DNA of 64,000 bases, taken from Candidatus Polarisedimenticolia bacterium (lineage in GTDB: Bacteria; Acidobacteriota; Polarisedimenticolia; Gp22-AA2). The notes below the pieces were generated by a model that searched no databases, was not told where the DNA came from, and worked only from the letters and a program-made list of their open reading frames with translations. The DNA is taken from contig DASYQE010000066.1 in NCBI GenBank assembly GCA_036005805.1, positions 5,502 to 69,501 on the forward strand, written 5' to 3'. The stretch's first letter is position 1; every line of letters begins with the position of its first letter. This document shows, piece after piece, positions 1 to 12,208 of this stretch. The position numbers and the translations under genes were made by a program.

Positions 1-86
1 TCCTCGATCTCGGGCACGAGCCGCGCCCCAACGGCCCTGCGCGCCCCAATGGCCACCAACCGGCGCGGCCGGAACCGGCGCGGCTG

Positions 87-644
87 GTGATCCTGGCGGA
101 TCTCTCCAGCCTGGCGCCGGCGTACTCCAGGAGCGGCTGGGCCGCGTGGCGGGAGTGTTTTCCGAGCCTGAGCCCCCTCCTCGTCGCTTTCGTGCGTCAT
201 CATGACGACCCGCGATGGGGACACCTGCTCGACCAGCTGATGCTCTCGTCCGCCTGCCGGCTGTGGCTGTACAAGATCGGCCCCTACTCCCTGAAGAAGG
301 ACCTGCACACCTGCCTGACGGAGTTCGCGGCGCATCTCGATCCGGAGGCGCTGCTCGACGTCGGCTACGACCCCTCCGACTGGACCGTGCGCCTCGACTT
401 CGCGGACGGCGCGCGCCGGACGCTCCCCTGGGCGGCGCTGCAGCTGCCGCTGCTCCACCCGGCCCTGCGGCCGGAGACCATCCGCGTCGGCGACAACCCG
501 GAGCAGGTCGAGATCCTCGACGAGGACGGCGAGGTTTACGACATCGCCACCTCCCGGCTGCGAACCCTGGCGAGGGCGGTCATGGGGGGCGCGGCGGCGC
601 TTCCGTACCGCGGCTCGCGTCGGGCGCCGGCGCGCAGCCTCTAA
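87..644 (+). CDS. hypothetical protein (185 aa), function unknown
   Basis: The ORF is uninterrupted and shows strong G/C preference at third codon positions. The overlapping 215..682 frame translates to R/G/P/A low-complexity sequence instead. I recognise no domain motif. The GTG start is provisional. Confidence 0.45.
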   Translation: MILADLSSLAPAYSRSGWAAWRECFPSLSPLLVAFVRHHDDPRWGHLLDQLMLSSACRLWLYKIGPYSLKKDLHTCLTEFAAHLDPEALLDVGYDPSDWTVRLDFADGARRTLPWAALQLPLLHPALRPETIRVGDNPEQVEILDEDGEVYDIATSRLRTLARAVMGGAAALPYRGSRRAPARSL

Positions 645-678
645 CTGCGCCTCACCGCAGGCAAAGCGGGTCCACGAG

Positions 679-3600
679 ATGAAGGGCCCCGCGGTCATCG
701 ACGGCTCCTCCCCGGAGCAGGAACCCATCCGCGCCGAGATCTTCGGCATCGAGCGTCTCGAGCAGCACGCCCTGAGCCTGGCCGAGGCCCACCATGCCGG
801 GGGCAGGCCGCCGCGCGGGCGCCCTCTCCTCCCCCGGGTCCGCGACAACGCGAAGGTGCTCCTGGCCGGGTACCGGAACATCGCCGCCACCGTCCTGGCG
901 AAGAAGCCGATCACACCGGCGGCGGAGTGGATCCTCGACAACTTCCATGTCGTGGACGAACAGCTCCGCGGCATCCGCGACCACCTGCCGCGCAGCTACT
1001 ACCGCCTGCTGCCGAAGATCGCCGCCGGCCACCTGGCGGGTTACCCGCGCGTCTACGGGCTGGCCTGGGCGTACGTCGCTCACACCGACAGCCGCTTCGA
1101 GCTGGAGACGCTGCAGCGCTTCGTCCAGGCCTATCAACGCGGCCAGCCGCTGACCATCGGCGAGATCTGGGCGGTCGCCATCCACCTGCGCGTGGCGCTG
1201 GTGGAAAACCTGCGCCGGCTGTCGCAGGCGATCCAGCGCGCCCGCGAGGGTCGTGCCCGGGCCGACGCGCTGGCGGATCGCCTGCTGGCGCCGGGCGACG
1301 AGCCCCCGGAGCGCTCCGAGGCGGCCCTGCGCGGTCTGGGAAATGCCCTGCTGTCGCGTGCCTTCGCGGTGCAGCTCGTGCAGCGCCTGCGCGGCCAGGA
1401 TCCCTCCGTCACGCCGGCCCTCGCCTGGCTCGAAACGCGGCTGGGCGCCCAGGGGACCACGGCGGACGAGGTGGTCGCGCAGGAGCACCAGGCCCAGGCC
1501 GAGGCCAACGTCACGGTGCGCAACATCATCTCCAGCATGCGCTGGATGTCCTCCATCGACTGGACCGTATTCTTCGAGAGCGTCAGCCTGGTGGACGAGG
1601 TCCTGCGCCAGGCCCCCGGCTTCGCGGCGATGGATTTCAACACCCGCGACGAGTACCGGGCGCGGATCGAGCGGCTCTCGCGTCGATCGCCCCACTCGGA
1701 GATCGAAGTGGCGCAGGAGGCGGTGAGCCTGGCCGGCGGTGTCGCGGGCGCCGGCCTTGCCTCGGCGGCGCGCCTGGACCCCGGGTATCACCTGCTCGCC
1801 GGCGGACGACGGGCGTTCGAGCGGCGCCTCGGGTTCCGCGTCCCCTGGAGCATCCGGATCCGCCGCGTCTTCCGCGCCCATCCCCTCGCCGGCTACCTCG
1901 GAAGCATCGCCGTCCTCACCGCGCTCCTGCTCGCGAGCCCACTCTTCCTGACCTTCGCCGCGGGGGCCGCTCCCCGGGTGCTGGCGCTTCTGGCCCTCTT
2001 CGCCCTGGTGCCGGCCTCGGAGATCGCCATCGCCATCGTCCAGCGCCTCGTCCCCTGGCTCATCCCGGCCCGCCTGCTCCCGAAGCTCGAGCTCGCGGGG
2101 GGCGTCCCTGCGGAGCTTCGCACTCTCGTCGCCGTCCCCACGATGATCCGGAACCAGGGCGACATCGAGGGGCAGCTCGAGCGCCTCGAGGTGCACTACC
2201 TCGCCAACCCCGAAGGGCATCTCCACTTCGCCCTGCTCACCGATTGGACCGACGCCGCCGCGGAGACGGTTCCCGGCGACGCGGATCTCCTCGACGCGGT
2301 GAGCGCCGGGATCGCGCGCCTCAATGCGCGCTACGGCAGCCTCCCCGGCGGCGAGGCGCGCTTTCTCCTGCTGCACCGCCGCCGTCTCTGGAACCCGCAC
2401 GAAGGGAAATGGATCGGCTGGGAAAGGAAGCGGGGCAAGCTCCACGAGCTGAACCGGCTGCTGCGCGGCGCCACGGACACCACCTTCGTCCCGATCGAGG
2501 GGCGGGCGCCCGCGGTGCCGCCGGGCGTCCGCTACGTCATCACCCTGGACTCCGACACGCGTCTGCCCATGGGGAGCGCCCGCCGCCTGGTCGGGGCGAT
2601 GGCGCACCCCTTGAACCGCCCGCGCTTCGACCCTCGCAAGGGACGCGTGGTCGAGGGGTACGCGATCGTGCAGCCGCATCTCACCCCCAGCCTGCCGACG
2701 GGGCCGGACAGCACCACCCTGCAGCGGATCCTCTCCGGCCCCGGAGGGGTGGATCCGTACGCGGCGGCGATCTCCGACGTGTACCAGGATCTCTTCGGCG
2801 AGGGTTCGTACACCGGCAAGGGGATCTACGACGTCGATGCGTTCGAGGCGGCGCTCGCCGGAAGGGTCCCGGAGAACACCCTCCTCAGCCACGATCTCTT
2901 CGAGAGCGCCTTCGCCCGCGCCGGGCTGGCGACCGACGTGGACCTGTTCGAGGAGTTCCCCGCCCACTACGGGGTCGCGGCGCGCCAGCGCCACCGCTGG
3001 GTGCGCGGCGACTGGCAGCTCCTCCCCTGGATCCTGAACCCGCGCGCCGGCCTGACCGGCCACGCCCGCTGGAAGATGACCGACAACCTGCGCCGCAGCC
3101 TCGCCGCGCCGTCGACCTTCCTGCTCGCGGTGGCGGCCTGGATCCTGCCCGGCGTTCCTCCCCTCGGCTGGACCGCCCTGTTCCTGGGCTCGATCGTGCT
3201 GCCGGCGGTGATCCCGATCCTCGACGGGCTGGTTCCGAGACGGCGGGGGATCTCCAAGCGCAGCCACCTGCGCGCCGTGGGGAACGACATCCAGACCGCC
3301 CTGGCGCAGACGCTCCTGGCGATCACCATGCTGGCGCACCAGGCCTGGCTGATGGTCGACGCCATCGTCCGCACCCTCTGGCGGCTGGGCCTCTCGAGAC
3401 GACATCTGCTGGAGTGGGTGACGGCCGCGCAGGCCGGCTCGGGGGCCGACCTGAAACTGCGGAGCTTCCTGCGTCAGCTCGCCCCCGGGGTGGTTCTGGC
3501 CGCCGGCGCGGGCCTGCTCGTGGTCCTGCTCAAGCCGGAAGCCCGGCTGGTGGGACTCCCGTTCGTCGCGCTCTGGGTCCTGTCTCCCGTCCTGGCGTGG

Positions 3601-6600
3601 CGCATCAGCCTGCCGCCGAAGATCGCCTCGTCGCAGGTGCTCGACTCCGACGAGACCCGCGCCCTTCGGATGGTCGCGCGGCGCACCTGGCGCTTCTTCG
3701 AAAGGTTCGTGGACCTGGAGAACCACCACCTGCCGCAGGACAACTTCCAGGAAGATCCCGAGCCGGTCGCGGCCCACCGGACCTCGCCGACGAACCTGGG
3801 GCTCTACCTCCTCAGCACCACGGTCGCCCGCGACTTCGGCTGGATCGGGACCCTCGAGATGCTCGAACGGCTCGAAGCGACGCTTCGGACGATGGCCGAC
3901 CTGCACCGCGTGCACGGCCACTTCGTCAACTGGTACGACACCCGGACTCTGCGGCCGCTCGAACCGGTCTACATCTCGACCGTGGACAGCGGCAACCTGG
4001 CCGGGCACCTGATCGCCCTGGCCCAGGCCTGCCGCGAGCTGGCGCGCCGTCCCCCCATCGGCCCGGAGGCGCTCGAAGGGATCGGCGACGCCCTGCACCT
4101 GTTCGAGGACGCCGCCGCCGCGGCCGGGCGATCCAGGCGGACTCCGGCGGTGACGGAGCGGCTGCTGCGCGAGCGGGTCGAACGCCTGTCGGAGCTCCTC
4201 GCATCCGCGCCGGCGAGTCTCCCTGAGTGGCACGGGCGGCTCGACGCTCTGCAGAGCGGGGCGGTCGACCTCGCCACCATCGCCCGCGGCCTGGCGATCG
4301 GCCTGGAGGACGCCGCCGCCCGATCCGGGCTTCTGACCTGGGCCGCGGCCTTGCAGGACGCCGTCCGGAGCCATCGACGCGATTTCGAAGCGCCCTCTGC
4401 GGGGGCGCGTCTCGCCGCGATCGCGGCGCGGGCCGAGGGCCTGGTCGGGGAGATGGACTTCCAGGTCCTGTTCGATTCCACCCGCAAGCTTTTCTCCATC
4501 GGCTCCAGCGTCGCCGACGGCCGGCTCGATCCCGGCAGCTACGATCTGCTGGCGTCCGAGGCGCGGCTCGCCAGCTTCGTCGCCGTCGCCAAGGGGGACG
4601 TCCCGCCGCAGCACTGGTTTCTCCTCGGCCGGTCGCTCACGCCGGTGGGGCGCGGGGCGGCGCTTTTGTCGTGGTCCGGGTCGATGTTCGAATACCTCAT
4701 GCCGCTTCTGGTGATGCGGCAGCCGGCGCGCAGCCTCCTGGATCTCACCTGCCGCCTGGTGGTGCGGCGGCAGATCCACTATGGCGCCGAGCGCGGCGTC
4801 CCCTGGGGGATCTCGGAGTCGGCGTACAACGTGCGCGACGCGGAGCTCACCTACCAGTACTCGGATTTCGGAGTTCCGGGGCTGGGGCTCAAGCGGGGGC
4901 TGTTCGAGGACGTGGTGGTGGCGCCCTATGCCACGGCGCTGGCCGCCATGCTGGATCCGCGCGCGGCGCTGCACAACTTCTCACGCCTCGAAGAGGCGGG
5001 GGCCTCGGGCCCCTGCGGCTTCTACGACGCGCTCGACTACACCCCGGCGCGACTGCCCGAAGGGACCTCGGTCGCGATCGTCCGCGCCTTCATGGCGCAT
5101 CACCAGGGGATGACCATCGTCGCGCTGGGGAACGTGGTCCACGACGAAGCCACCCCGCGGCGTTTCCATTCCCATCCCCTGATCCAGGCGGCGGAGCTGC
5201 TCCTGGAGGAACGGACGCCGCGGGCGGTGGCCGTGGCCCGGCCGCGCGCCGAGGAGGTCCTGGAGGCGGCGCATGTCCGCGATCTGGTCCCGCCCGCCCT
5301 GCGGCGCTTCGACTCGCCGCACGACACTCCACCCCGCACGCACGTGCTCTCCAACGGCCGCTACACGGTGATGCTGACGGCGGCCGGATCGGGATTCAGC
5401 CGCTGCGGCGAAAGGGCCGTCACCCGCTGGCGCGAGGACGCCACCCGCGACCATTGGGGGACGTTCGTCTTCCTGCGCGACGCGGGCACGGGCGCCGTCT
5501 GGTCCGCCGGCTTCCAGCCTTGCGGCACCGAGGTGGATCGGTACGACGTGGTCTATTCCGAGGACCGGGTGCGGATCACCCAGCAGGACGCGTCGCTGTC
5601 GATCGTGCTCGAGGTGGTGGTGTCGCACGAGGACGACGCCGAGCTGCGCCGCCTCACCGTGACCAACCACGAGAACCGCGCCCGCGCCATCGAGATCACC
5701 TCCTACGCCGAGGTGGTGCTGGCGCCCCAGGCGGCGGACGAGGCGCACCCGGCTTTCTCGAACCTGTTCGTCGAGACCGAGTTCGTCGCCACGCACGGGG
5801 CCCTGCTGGCGACGCGGCGGCCGCGCTCGGCGGACGAGGCACGCGTCTGGGTCGCCCACGTGGCCGCCTCCGAGAGCGAGCCTGCCGGCCCGCTGCAGTT
5901 CGAGACCGACCGCGTCCGCTTCCTGGGCCGCGGTCGCGGCGTCCGGACGGCGTCCGCGGTGCTCGACGGCGGCCCGCTCTCGAACACCGCGGGGACGGTC
6001 CTCGACCCGATCGTCAGCCTGCGGCACCGCGTGGTGATTCCCGCCGGGGGAACGGTGCGCATGGTGTTCACGACGCTGATGGCCCCCTCGCGGGAGCAGG
6101 CCCTCGAGATCGCGGAGAAATACGGCCAGCCGGCGACCTTCGAGCGCGCCTCGGCCCTCGCCTGGACGCAGGCGCAGGTGCAGCTGCAGCACCTGCGCAT
6201 CACCCAGGACGAGGCGCACCTCTTCCAGCGGCTGGCCAACCGGCTCCTGTACGCCGATCGCACCCTGCGCGCGGGGGCGCGCGAGCTCGCCTCGAGCCGC
6301 GGCGGTCCCGGCGGACTCTGGGCGCACGGTATTTCCGGCGATCGCCCAATCGCGCTTCTGCGCATCGAGAGGGAGGAGGAGCTGGAGATCGCGCGGCAGC
6401 TGCTGCGCGCCCAGGAATACTGGAGGCTGAAGGGGATCCCCGCCGACCTGGTGATCCTGAACGCGCAGGTCGCCTCCTATGCCCAGAACCTGCAGCACGC
6501 CATCGAAGCGATGGCGCGGGCGAACCAGCCGGCGACCGGGACCGAGGCGCAGGCGACGCACGGCGGCGTCTTCGTGCTGCGGGAGGATCTCCTCCCCGCG

Positions 6601-9201
6601 CCCGACCTGGCGGTGCTGCGCTCGGCGGCGCGCCTGCTGATCGTGGCGAACCGCGGCACCCTCTCGGAGCAGGTGGTGCGGGAGACCGTGCCCAGCCCCG
6701 CGCCGATGCCGCCGCGGCGCCGCCCGGTGCGCCCCCGCCCCGGCCCGGCCATCCGCCCGGTCCTCGATCTGCGTTTCTGGAACGGGCTCGGAGGTTTCAC
6801 GCCGGACGGCCGCGAATACGTCACCGTGCTCGACCGCGGCCAGTTGACTCCGGCCCCCTGGATCAACGTCGTCGCCAACCCGGACTTCGGGTTCCAGGTC
6901 TCCGAGTCGGGATCGGGACACACCTGGTCCAAAAACAGCCGCGAGAACAAGCTCACGCCCTGGTCGAACGATCCGGTCGGCGACCCGCCGGGGGAGACGT
7001 TCTACGTGCGCGACGAAGAGAGCGGGGCGTTGTGGGGGCCGACCTGCCTGCCGATCCGCGAGGAGAACGGGGCGTACGTCATCCGCCACGGCCAGGGCTA
7101 CAGCCGCTTCGAGCACGTCGCGCACGACATCGGGCTCGATCTCCTGCAGCTCGTGCCGCCGGCGGATCCGATCAAGATCTCCCGCCTGACGCTGCGCAAC
7201 CTGTCCGGCCGCAGGCGGCGCCTGACGATCACGGCATACGTGGAGTGGGTGCTCGGAGTCGCCCGGACCGGGACGGCTCCTTACGTCGTCACCGAGACCG
7301 ACCCCGCGACCGGGGCGATCCTGGCGCGCAACGCCTGGAACGGGGAGTTCGCATCGCGCGTCGCGTTCGCCGCCCTGGGCCGCCGCCCGACCGCCGCGAC
7401 CGCCGATCGCCTGGAGTTCCTCGGCCGGAACTCCGGCCTCGATCGTCCCGCCGCGCTCGAGCCCGGGAAAAGACTCTCGGGCAGGATCGGTGCCGGCCTC
7501 GACCCATGCGCGGCCCTGCAGACGATCGTTGAACTGGAGCCGGGCGAAAGCAAAGAAGTGCTGTTCCTGCTGGGCCAGGGGGAAAGCCGCGAGGAATGCG
7601 GGCTCCTCATCGAACGCTATCGCCAGGCGGACGGCAAAGCACTTCTCGCCGAGGTGCGCGAGCACTGGGACGGCCTGCTCGCAGCGGTGCAGGTCACGAC
7701 TCCCGACCCCGCCATGGATCTGCTGCTCAACCGCTGGCTCCTGTACCAGATGCTCTCCTGCCGTCTCTGGGGCCGTTCCGCCTTCTACCAGGCGGGCGGG
7801 GCGTACGGCTTCCGCGATCAGATCCAGGACGTCCTGGCGGTCGCGGCGACGAGCCCCGAACTCGTGCGGGAGCACCTGTTGCGCTGCGCGGCCCGGCAGT
7901 TCAAGGAGGGGGACGTGCAGCACTGGTGGCATCCGCCGACGGGGCGCGGCGTGAGAACCCGGATCTCCGACGATCGCCTGTGGCTTCCCTACGCGGTCGC
8001 CCACTATCTGGAGACCACCGGGGACCCGTCCGTGCTGGACGAAGAGATCCCCTGGCTCGAGGGGGCGCGGCTCTCTGAGCACGAGCAGGAGGCGTATTTC
8101 CAGCCGGCGGAATCGGAGGAGCGCGCCACGTTGTTCGAGCATTGCGCCCGGGCGCTCGATCGGAGCCTCGAGACGGGAGAGCACGGCCTTCCCCTGATCG
8201 GCGCCGGGGACTGGAACGACGGCATGAACCGCGTCGGTCACGAGGGCCGCGGCGAGAGCGTCTGGCTCGCGTGGTTCCTGTCCGTGAACCTGCAGCAATT
8301 CGCGGCCATCGCCGAGCGACGCGGAGCAGGAGAACGCGCCGATCGCTGGCGGCAGAAAGTCGCCTCGCTCCAGACCGCGCTTCAGAAGGAGGGCTGGGAC
8401 GGGGCCTGGTACCGGCGTGCCTTCTTCGACGACGGCACGCCCCTGGGATCCGCCGCCGACGAAGAGTGCCGCATCGATTCCATCGCACAGTCGTGGGCGG
8501 TCCTGTCAGGGGATGGCGACAGGGCGCGGGCGCGCCAGGCCATGGCCTCGGTCGAAGAACACCTCGTCCGGCGCGACGACCGGCTGCTGCTGCTCCTCGC
8601 CCCGCCGTTCGATCGGCTCCCCCACGATCCCGGGTATATAAAAGGATACCCCCCCGGGGTGCGCGAGAACGGCGGGCAGTACACCCATGCGGCGATCTGG
8701 TCGGTGATGGCCTTCGCGGCCCTGAACGAAGGGGACAAGGCGGCCGGCCTGTTCGATCTCCTGAATCCCATCCATCACGCGGACGATGCCGAGGGTCTCC
8801 GCAGATACCGGGTGGAGCCCTATGTCGTGGCCGCCGACGTCTACTCCGAGCCTCCCCACATCGGGCGCGGTGGCTGGACGTGGTACACCGGGGCCGCCGG
8901 CTGGCTGCATCGCGCCGGCCTGGAGTCGATCCTCGGCTTGCGCAAGCGCGGCGAAGCACTCGCGATCGATCCGTGCATCCCGCGAGCCTGGAAGGGGTTC
9001 GAGATCACCTTCCGCCACGGCCGGAGCCTCTACCGGATCACGGTCGAGAACCCGAACGGGGTCAGCCGCGGAGTGTCCCGCCTCAGCCTCGACGGCGCCC
9101 CGCTCCGGGGAGGGACGCTCATCCCTCTGACCAACGACGGTCGCGAGCACCAGGTCCAGGTGCTGCTCGGAGAGATCCCGGTCAATCCGGGTCGTGACTG
9201 A
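679..9201 (+). CDS. ndvB: cyclic beta-1,2-glucan synthase (NdvB/ChvB/Cgs type; GT84 glycosyltransferase plus GH94 phosphorylase-like C-terminal half)
   Basis: The 2,840-aa size matches this family. Glycosyltransferase signatures are [11 protein letters not shown] (DxD) and [14 protein letters not shown]. Several hydrophobic segments flank the GT region. The C-terminal half carries GH94-type motifs [13 protein letters not shown] and [10 protein letters not shown]. Confidence 0.9.
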   Translation: MKGPAVIDGSSPEQEPIRAEIFGIERLEQHALSLAEAHHAGGRPPRGRPLLPRVRDNAKVLLAGYRNIAATVLAKKPITPAAEWILDNFHVVDEQLRGIRDHLPRSYYRLLPKIAAGHLAGYPRVYGLAWAYVAHTDSRFELETLQRFVQAYQRGQPLTIGEIWAVAIHLRVALVENLRRLSQAIQRAREGRARADALADRLLAPGDEPPERSEAALRGLGNALLSRAFAVQLVQRLRGQDPSVTPALAWLETRLGAQGTTADEVVAQEHQAQAEANVTVRNIISSMRWMSSIDWTVFFESVSLVDEVLRQAPGFAAMDFNTRDEYRARIERLSRRSPHSEIEVAQEAVSLAGGVAGAGLASAARLDPGYHLLAGGRRAFERRLGFRVPWSIRIRRVFRAHPLAGYLGSIAVLTALLLASPLFLTFAAGAAPRVLALLALFALVPASEIAIAIVQRLVPWLIPARLLPKLELAGGVPAELRTLVAVPTMIRNQGDIEGQLERLEVHYLANPEGHLHFALLTDWTDAAAETVPGDADLLDAVSAGIARLNARYGSLPGGEARFLLLHRRRLWNPHEGKWIGWERKRGKLHELNRLLRGATDTTFVPIEGRAPAVPPGVRYVITLDSDTRLPMGSARRLVGAMAHPLNRPRFDPRKGRVVEGYAIVQPHLTPSLPTGPDSTTLQRILSGPGGVDPYAAAISDVYQDLFGEGSYTGKGIYDVDAFEAALAGRVPENTLLSHDLFESAFARAGLATDVDLFEEFPAHYGVAARQRHRWVRGDWQLLPWILNPRAGLTGHARWKMTDNLRRSLAAPSTFLLAVAAWILPGVPPLGWTALFLGSIVLPAVIPILDGLVPRRRGISKRSHLRAVGNDIQTALAQTLLAITMLAHQAWLMVDAIVRTLWRLGLSRRHLLEWVTAAQAGSGADLKLRSFLRQLAPGVVLAAGAGLLVVLLKPEARLVGLPFVALWVLSPVLAWRISLPPKIASSQVLDSDETRALRMVARRTWRFFERFVDLENHHLPQDNFQEDPEPVAAHRTSPTNLGLYLLSTTVARDFGWIGTLEMLERLEATLRTMADLHRVHGHFVNWYDTRTLRPLEPVYISTVDSGNLAGHLIALAQACRELARRPPIGPEALEGIGDALHLFEDAAAAAGRSRRTPAVTERLLRERVERLSELLASAPASLPEWHGRLDALQSGAVDLATIARGLAIGLEDAAARSGLLTWAAALQDAVRSHRRDFEAPSAGARLAAIAARAEGLVGEMDFQVLFDSTRKLFSIGSSVADGRLDPGSYDLLASEARLASFVAVAKGDVPPQHWFLLGRSLTPVGRGAALLSWSGSMFEYLMPLLVMRQPARSLLDLTCRLVVRRQIHYGAERGVPWGISESAYNVRDAELTYQYSDFGVPGLGLKRGLFEDVVVAPYATALAAMLDPRAALHNFSRLEEAGASGPCGFYDALDYTPARLPEGTSVAIVRAFMAHHQGMTIVALGNVVHDEATPRRFHSHPLIQAAELLLEERTPRAVAVARPRAEEVLEAAHVRDLVPPALRRFDSPHDTPPRTHVLSNGRYTVMLTAAGSGFSRCGERAVTRWREDATRDHWGTFVFLRDAGTGAVWSAGFQPCGTEVDRYDVVYSEDRVRITQQDASLSIVLEVVVSHEDDAELRRLTVTNHENRARAIEITSYAEVVLAPQAADEAHPAFSNLFVETEFVATHGALLATRRPRSADEARVWVAHVAASESEPAGPLQFETDRVRFLGRGRGVRTASAVLDGGPLSNTAGTVLDPIVSLRHRVVIPAGGTVRMVFTTLMAPSREQALEIAEKYGQPATFERASALAWTQAQVQLQHLRITQDEAHLFQRLANRLLYADRTLRAGARELASSRGGPGGLWAHGISGDRPIALLRIEREEELEIARQLLRAQEYWRLKGIPADLVILNAQVASYAQNLQHAIEAMARANQPATGTEAQATHGGVFVLREDLLPAPDLAVLRSAARLLIVANRGTLSEQVVRETVPSPAPMPPRRRPVRPRPGPAIRPVLDLRFWNGLGGFTPDGREYVTVLDRGQLTPAPWINVVANPDFGFQVSESGSGHTWSKNSRENKLTPWSNDPVGDPPGETFYVRDEESGALWGPTCLPIREENGAYVIRHGQGYSRFEHVAHDIGLDLLQLVPPADPIKISRLTLRNLSGRRRRLTITAYVEWVLGVARTGTAPYVVTETDPATGAILARNAWNGEFASRVAFAALGRRPTAATADRLEFLGRNSGLDRPAALEPGKRLSGRIGAGLDPCAALQTIVELEPGESKEVLFLLGQGESREECGLLIERYRQADGKALLAEVREHWDGLLAAVQVTTPDPAMDLLLNRWLLYQMLSCRLWGRSAFYQAGGAYGFRDQIQDVLAVAATSPELVREHLLRCAARQFKEGDVQHWWHPPTGRGVRTRISDDRLWLPYAVAHYLETTGDPSVLDEEIPWLEGARLSEHEQEAYFQPAESEERATLFEHCARALDRSLETGEHGLPLIGAGDWNDGMNRVGHEGRGESVWLAWFLSVNLQQFAAIAERRGAGERADRWRQKVASLQTALQKEGWDGAWYRRAFFDDGTPLGSAADEECRIDSIAQSWAVLSGDGDRARARQAMASVEEHLVRRDDRLLLLLAPPFDRLPHDPGYIKGYPPGVRENGGQYTHAAIWSVMAFAALNEGDKAAGLFDLLNPIHHADDAEGLRRYRVEPYVVAADVYSEPPHIGRGGWTWYTGAAGWLHRAGLESILGLRKRGEALAIDPCIPRAWKGFEITFRHGRSLYRITVENPNGVSRGVSRLSLDGAPLRGGTLIPLTNDGREHQVQVLLGEIPVNPGRD

Positions 9202-9331
9202 ATCCTGTGTCCGGAGCGGCCTGACAGAATCGGGGCCAAGTGCGCCCCCGGTTTTCAATTTCAGGCCGGTCGGGAGGGACTCTCGAGCGCAGCGTGGAAC
9301 CGGAACCGGCCCCCGACCACCTCGGCGCCGG

Positions 9332-10918
9332 ATGAGCAGGGATCCATACTTGGAGATGATTTCTTCCCGGCCTCGTGGAATCATTCTCGTCGAGCCTGAC
9401 ATCAATCCCGTCGCGCGGCGTTTCAGCCTTCCGAACATCGCGAACTACCCGCCTCTCCCCCAGGTGCGCCTCGCCGGACAGCTCCCGCCCGGAGAGAACG
9501 TGGCGATCGCGGATCTGCGCATCGCGGGCGAGCGGCGGCGATTGCTCGAGCGCGTCCGGCGGGATCCGCCCGCCCTCGTCGGCATCTCCCTCACCTTCAC
9601 GTCGAACGGCGACGAGGCGATCGAGGTGGCCGCGGCCATCCGGAGACTTTCCCCCGCGACCGGCATCGTCTTCGGCGGGACCGCCCCCTCGGAAGACCCC
9701 GCATCGTTCTGGAGCTCGGCGGCAGATCTGATCTGCCACCGGAGCGGCGACGCCTCCTTCGCGGCCCTGGCCGCCGAGGTGCGCGAGACGGGAGGGATGC
9801 CGGCACGCTTCCCCGGGTTCTTTCACCGCGACGGCGGGCGCTTCGTCCTCGAGCCGGGACCTGCCGCCGCGCCGCTGGCGAGCCTCCGGCCCAACGCGTG
9901 GCACCTGCTGCCGAAGCGCTACTGGCGCGGCTACTTCCAGGGGTTCCGGCCCACCGGCATGGGGCAGACGAGCGAGGGCTGCCCCTACGACTGCACCTTC
10001 TGCACCGTCTGGAAGACGCACGGCCGCAGGGTCTCGGTGGCCTCCCTCGCCAACGTGAAGCACGACTTCGATTCCCTCCCCCCATCCGTCCGCGCCTTCT
10101 TCTTCGCGGATGACATCTGGATGCAGGCCAGCGAGACCCAGCTTCGGGAGCTCTACGATCCGCTCCTGGCGTGGATGGCCTCCGACTTCCTCCCGCGCCA
10201 TCCCGATTTCTGGCTGACGGCCGAGACCCGCACCGACCTGTATCTGCGCGAGGAGGATCGCTTCTATGGCTGGATCAAGCGCGGCGGGCTGAAGCGGATC
10301 CTCTTCGGCGTGGAGGCGGTGACCGACGAGCAGCTCCGGAGCTTCAGCAAGCGGAACTCCGTCGACCGCAACATCGAGGCCATCCGTCGTGCCGCGGAGG
10401 CCGGGGCCATCGTCACGGCCCAGTTCGTCATCCCGTGCGATGCGACCCGCGCCTACTTCGACGAGATGGTCCGGTTCCTGAAGGTCCATCGGCGCTGGAT
10501 TCGTACGTCCAACTTCACCATCGCGACGCCGCTCCCGGGCACCGACCTGTACGAGGACTCCCTGAAGGAGTCGCCCGAGCTCGCCGACCGGGGCGCCATC
10601 TCGCACTCGGCGTTCTCGCTCTTCACGGCGCTGACCCCGACCCGGCTCGACGTCCGCGAGTTCTACGGGCAGGTGGCCCGGGTGTTCCGCGCGGCCAACC
10701 AGGTCCGCTTCAGTCTCGAGGCCCAGCAGCAATGCCTGCGGATGGTGTTTCGGTCCCCCTGGCTGATCCGTCGCCTCGCCCGGGCGCCGCTGGCGCTGCG
10801 GGCGCTGACCGATCCCGGCACCTTCCTCGACGTCCACCGGCTCGTCCAGGGGGATCGGCTTCTCGTGCCCCGGCCCGCGTCACCGCCCGCGTCCCAGCCA
10901 ACCCCCCGGCTCGCCTGA
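9332..10918 (+). CDS. B12-binding-domain radical SAM protein (class B rSAM)
   Basis: The CX3CX2C cluster SEGCPYDCTFCTVWK follows an N-terminal Rossmann-like region (ALVGISLTFTSNGDEAIEVAAAIR...IVFGG) typical of cobalamin-binding rSAM enzymes. The ORF track starts at 9194. I trimmed to the first ATG at 9332; ATG 9356 is also possible. Confidence 0.75.
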   Translation: MSRDPYLEMISSRPRGIILVEPDINPVARRFSLPNIANYPPLPQVRLAGQLPPGENVAIADLRIAGERRRLLERVRRDPPALVGISLTFTSNGDEAIEVAAAIRRLSPATGIVFGGTAPSEDPASFWSSAADLICHRSGDASFAALAAEVRETGGMPARFPGFFHRDGGRFVLEPGPAAAPLASLRPNAWHLLPKRYWRGYFQGFRPTGMGQTSEGCPYDCTFCTVWKTHGRRVSVASLANVKHDFDSLPPSVRAFFFADDIWMQASETQLRELYDPLLAWMASDFLPRHPDFWLTAETRTDLYLREEDRFYGWIKRGGLKRILFGVEAVTDEQLRSFSKRNSVDRNIEAIRRAAEAGAIVTAQFVIPCDATRAYFDEMVRFLKVHRRWIRTSNFTIATPLPGTDLYEDSLKESPELADRGAISHSAFSLFTALTPTRLDVREFYGQVARVFRAANQVRFSLEAQQQCLRMVFRSPWLIRRLARAPLALRALTDPGTFLDVHRLVQGDRLLVPRPASPPASQPTPRLA

Positions 10919-10938
10919 GCCAGCTCCGCGATCCTCTC

Positions 10939-10965
10939 CCCGCGTCAGGCCCCTGCTGACGCGGG
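10939..10965 (+). terminator. GC-rich hairpin between the rSAM gene and the first CelD-like gene (possible attenuator or weak terminator)
   Basis: There is a perfect 10-bp stem, CCCGCGTCAG / CTGACGCGGG, with a 7-nt loop, 21 nt after the rSAM stop codon. No U-tract follows (ATTCAGG). Confidence 0.3.
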
Positions 10966-11041
10966 ATTCAGGCCAACACTCGACAATGGGAATCCGCATT
11001 TGTACCGCATGATGACGATGGGAGTGGAGGGCGATGACGCG

Positions 11042-12208
11042 ATGAACATGCGTGGTGCGGCGGTCCTCGAGCCGGGGTCCCCGTCCGCCGTCACGATCGT
11101 CGATCGTCCGGCTTTCATCCGGATGGAAAAGGAATGGAACGCGCTCGTCGAGACGACGTCCGACCAGCCCTTCTACCGGCATGAATACCTGCGAAGCTGG
11201 ATGGATCATTTCGTGCCCGACGCGACGCTGAAGATCCTCACGGGCCGCGACCACGCGGGGACACTCGTCGCGGCGCTCCCGCTCGTGGCCGACCGCGGCT
11301 TCCTCTATGGTCTCCCCGTCCGGCGGCTGGTCTCGCCGACGAGCGTCCACTCCGGCCGATTCGACCTCATCGCGGCGGATCGCCGCTCGGCGGCGCGGTC
11401 GTTTCTCCGGACGCTGGCCGACGACGACACGTGGGACATGATCAGAATCACCGATGTGCCGGCGGGGGGGAACGCCTGGGACCTCTACGCTGCGGCCCTG
11501 GAAGCCGGCTTCCCCGCGGGGGCCTGGGAATCCCAGCGCAGTCCGTTTCTCGCGCTTCCTGCCTCTTACGACAAGCTGGAAGCCCGCCTGTCCTCCAAGT
11601 TCAAGGCGAACCTGCGCCGCCGCCGCAGGCGGCTCGAAGAGCGCGGCGACGTCCGCGTGGAGTGTGTGACCGGCGGCGGCGGGCTCGAGCGACGTCTCGA
11701 GGATCATTTCGCGCTCGAACGCAGCGGCTGGAAGGGGCGCAAGGGGACCGCGGCCGCCCAGAGCAGCCGGACGCGCGGCTTCTACACGGGCCTGGCGCAC
11801 GGGGCGGCCCGCGGCGACTACCTGTCGCTCTCCTCCCTGCATGTCGCCGGCAGGGCGATCGCTTCCCAGTACGGGCTCGCGCGGCGGGGCGTGTACTCCC
11901 TCTTGATGACCTGCTACGACGAGACCTGGAGCGAGTACAGCCCCGGGAACCTCCTGATGGAAACGGTGATGCAGCGCTGCGTCGCGGGCGGCCTGAGCGA
12001 GTTCGATTTCCTCGGCTGCGATCTGGGGTGGAAGCTGGATTGGAGCCCGACCGCCCGGGCGCACCATTGGTTCTTCATCTTTCGCGACAACCGCCTGGGC
12101 TGGATGCTGAAGAAAGCCAAGTTCGACTGGATCCCGGCGGCGAAAGAGGGCCTGAGACGATGGACACGGAGGCAGGATGCCGGCACCCAGGTCGTCAGCA
12201 GCCACTGA
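11042..12208 (+). CDS. CelD/BcsL-like (FemAB-related, Acetyltransf_6-type) GNAT-fold acyl/aminoacyl-transferase, copy 1
   Basis: Family-typical blocks are EWNALV...QPFYRHEYLRSWMDHF, LRRRRRRLEE, ERSGWKGRKGTA and EFDFLG. The protein is about half identical by eye to the next ORF. I chose ATG 11042 (GGAGGG upstream); the ORF track starts at 11000. Confidence 0.7.
   Translation: MNMRGAAVLEPGSPSAVTIVDRPAFIRMEKEWNALVETTSDQPFYRHEYLRSWMDHFVPDATLKILTGRDHAGTLVAALPLVADRGFLYGLPVRRLVSPTSVHSGRFDLIAADRRSAARSFLRTLADDDTWDMIRITDVPAGGNAWDLYAAALEAGFPAGAWESQRSPFLALPASYDKLEARLSSKFKANLRRRRRRLEERGDVRVECVTGGGGLERRLEDHFALERSGWKGRKGTAAAQSSRTRGFYTGLAHGAARGDYLSLSSLHVAGRAIASQYGLARRGVYSLLMTCYDETWSEYSPGNLLMETVMQRCVAGGLSEFDFLGCDLGWKLDWSPTARAHHWFFIFRDNRLGWMLKKAKFDWIPAAKEGLRRWTRRQDAGTQVVSSH

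Noticed and set aside
652-4974. Very long antisense or off-frame ORFs in the six-frame track. Examples: 652..4974(-) 1440 aa, 4981..8298(-) 1105 aa, 927..4226(+), 4227..7532(+), 19973..22870(-), 22914..25862(+), 33574..36474(-), 38956..41079(-), 46119..48677(-), 51153..53867(+), 54352..56265(-).
   Set aside because: Their translations are Arg/Gly/Pro/Ala-rich low-complexity strings with no motifs. They mirror or shadow ORFs that carry unambiguous catalytic signatures. Long stop-free shadow frames are expected in very GC-rich DNA.
9332-10918. Interpreting the B12-radical-SAM protein as a specific known enzyme, such as a hopanoid methylase, BchE-type cyclase or tetraether/membrane-spanning-lipid synthase.
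   Set aside because: Only the generic cobalamin-domain plus CX3CX2C architecture is visible. No neighbouring hopanoid, bacteriochlorophyll or lipid genes support any specific assignment.
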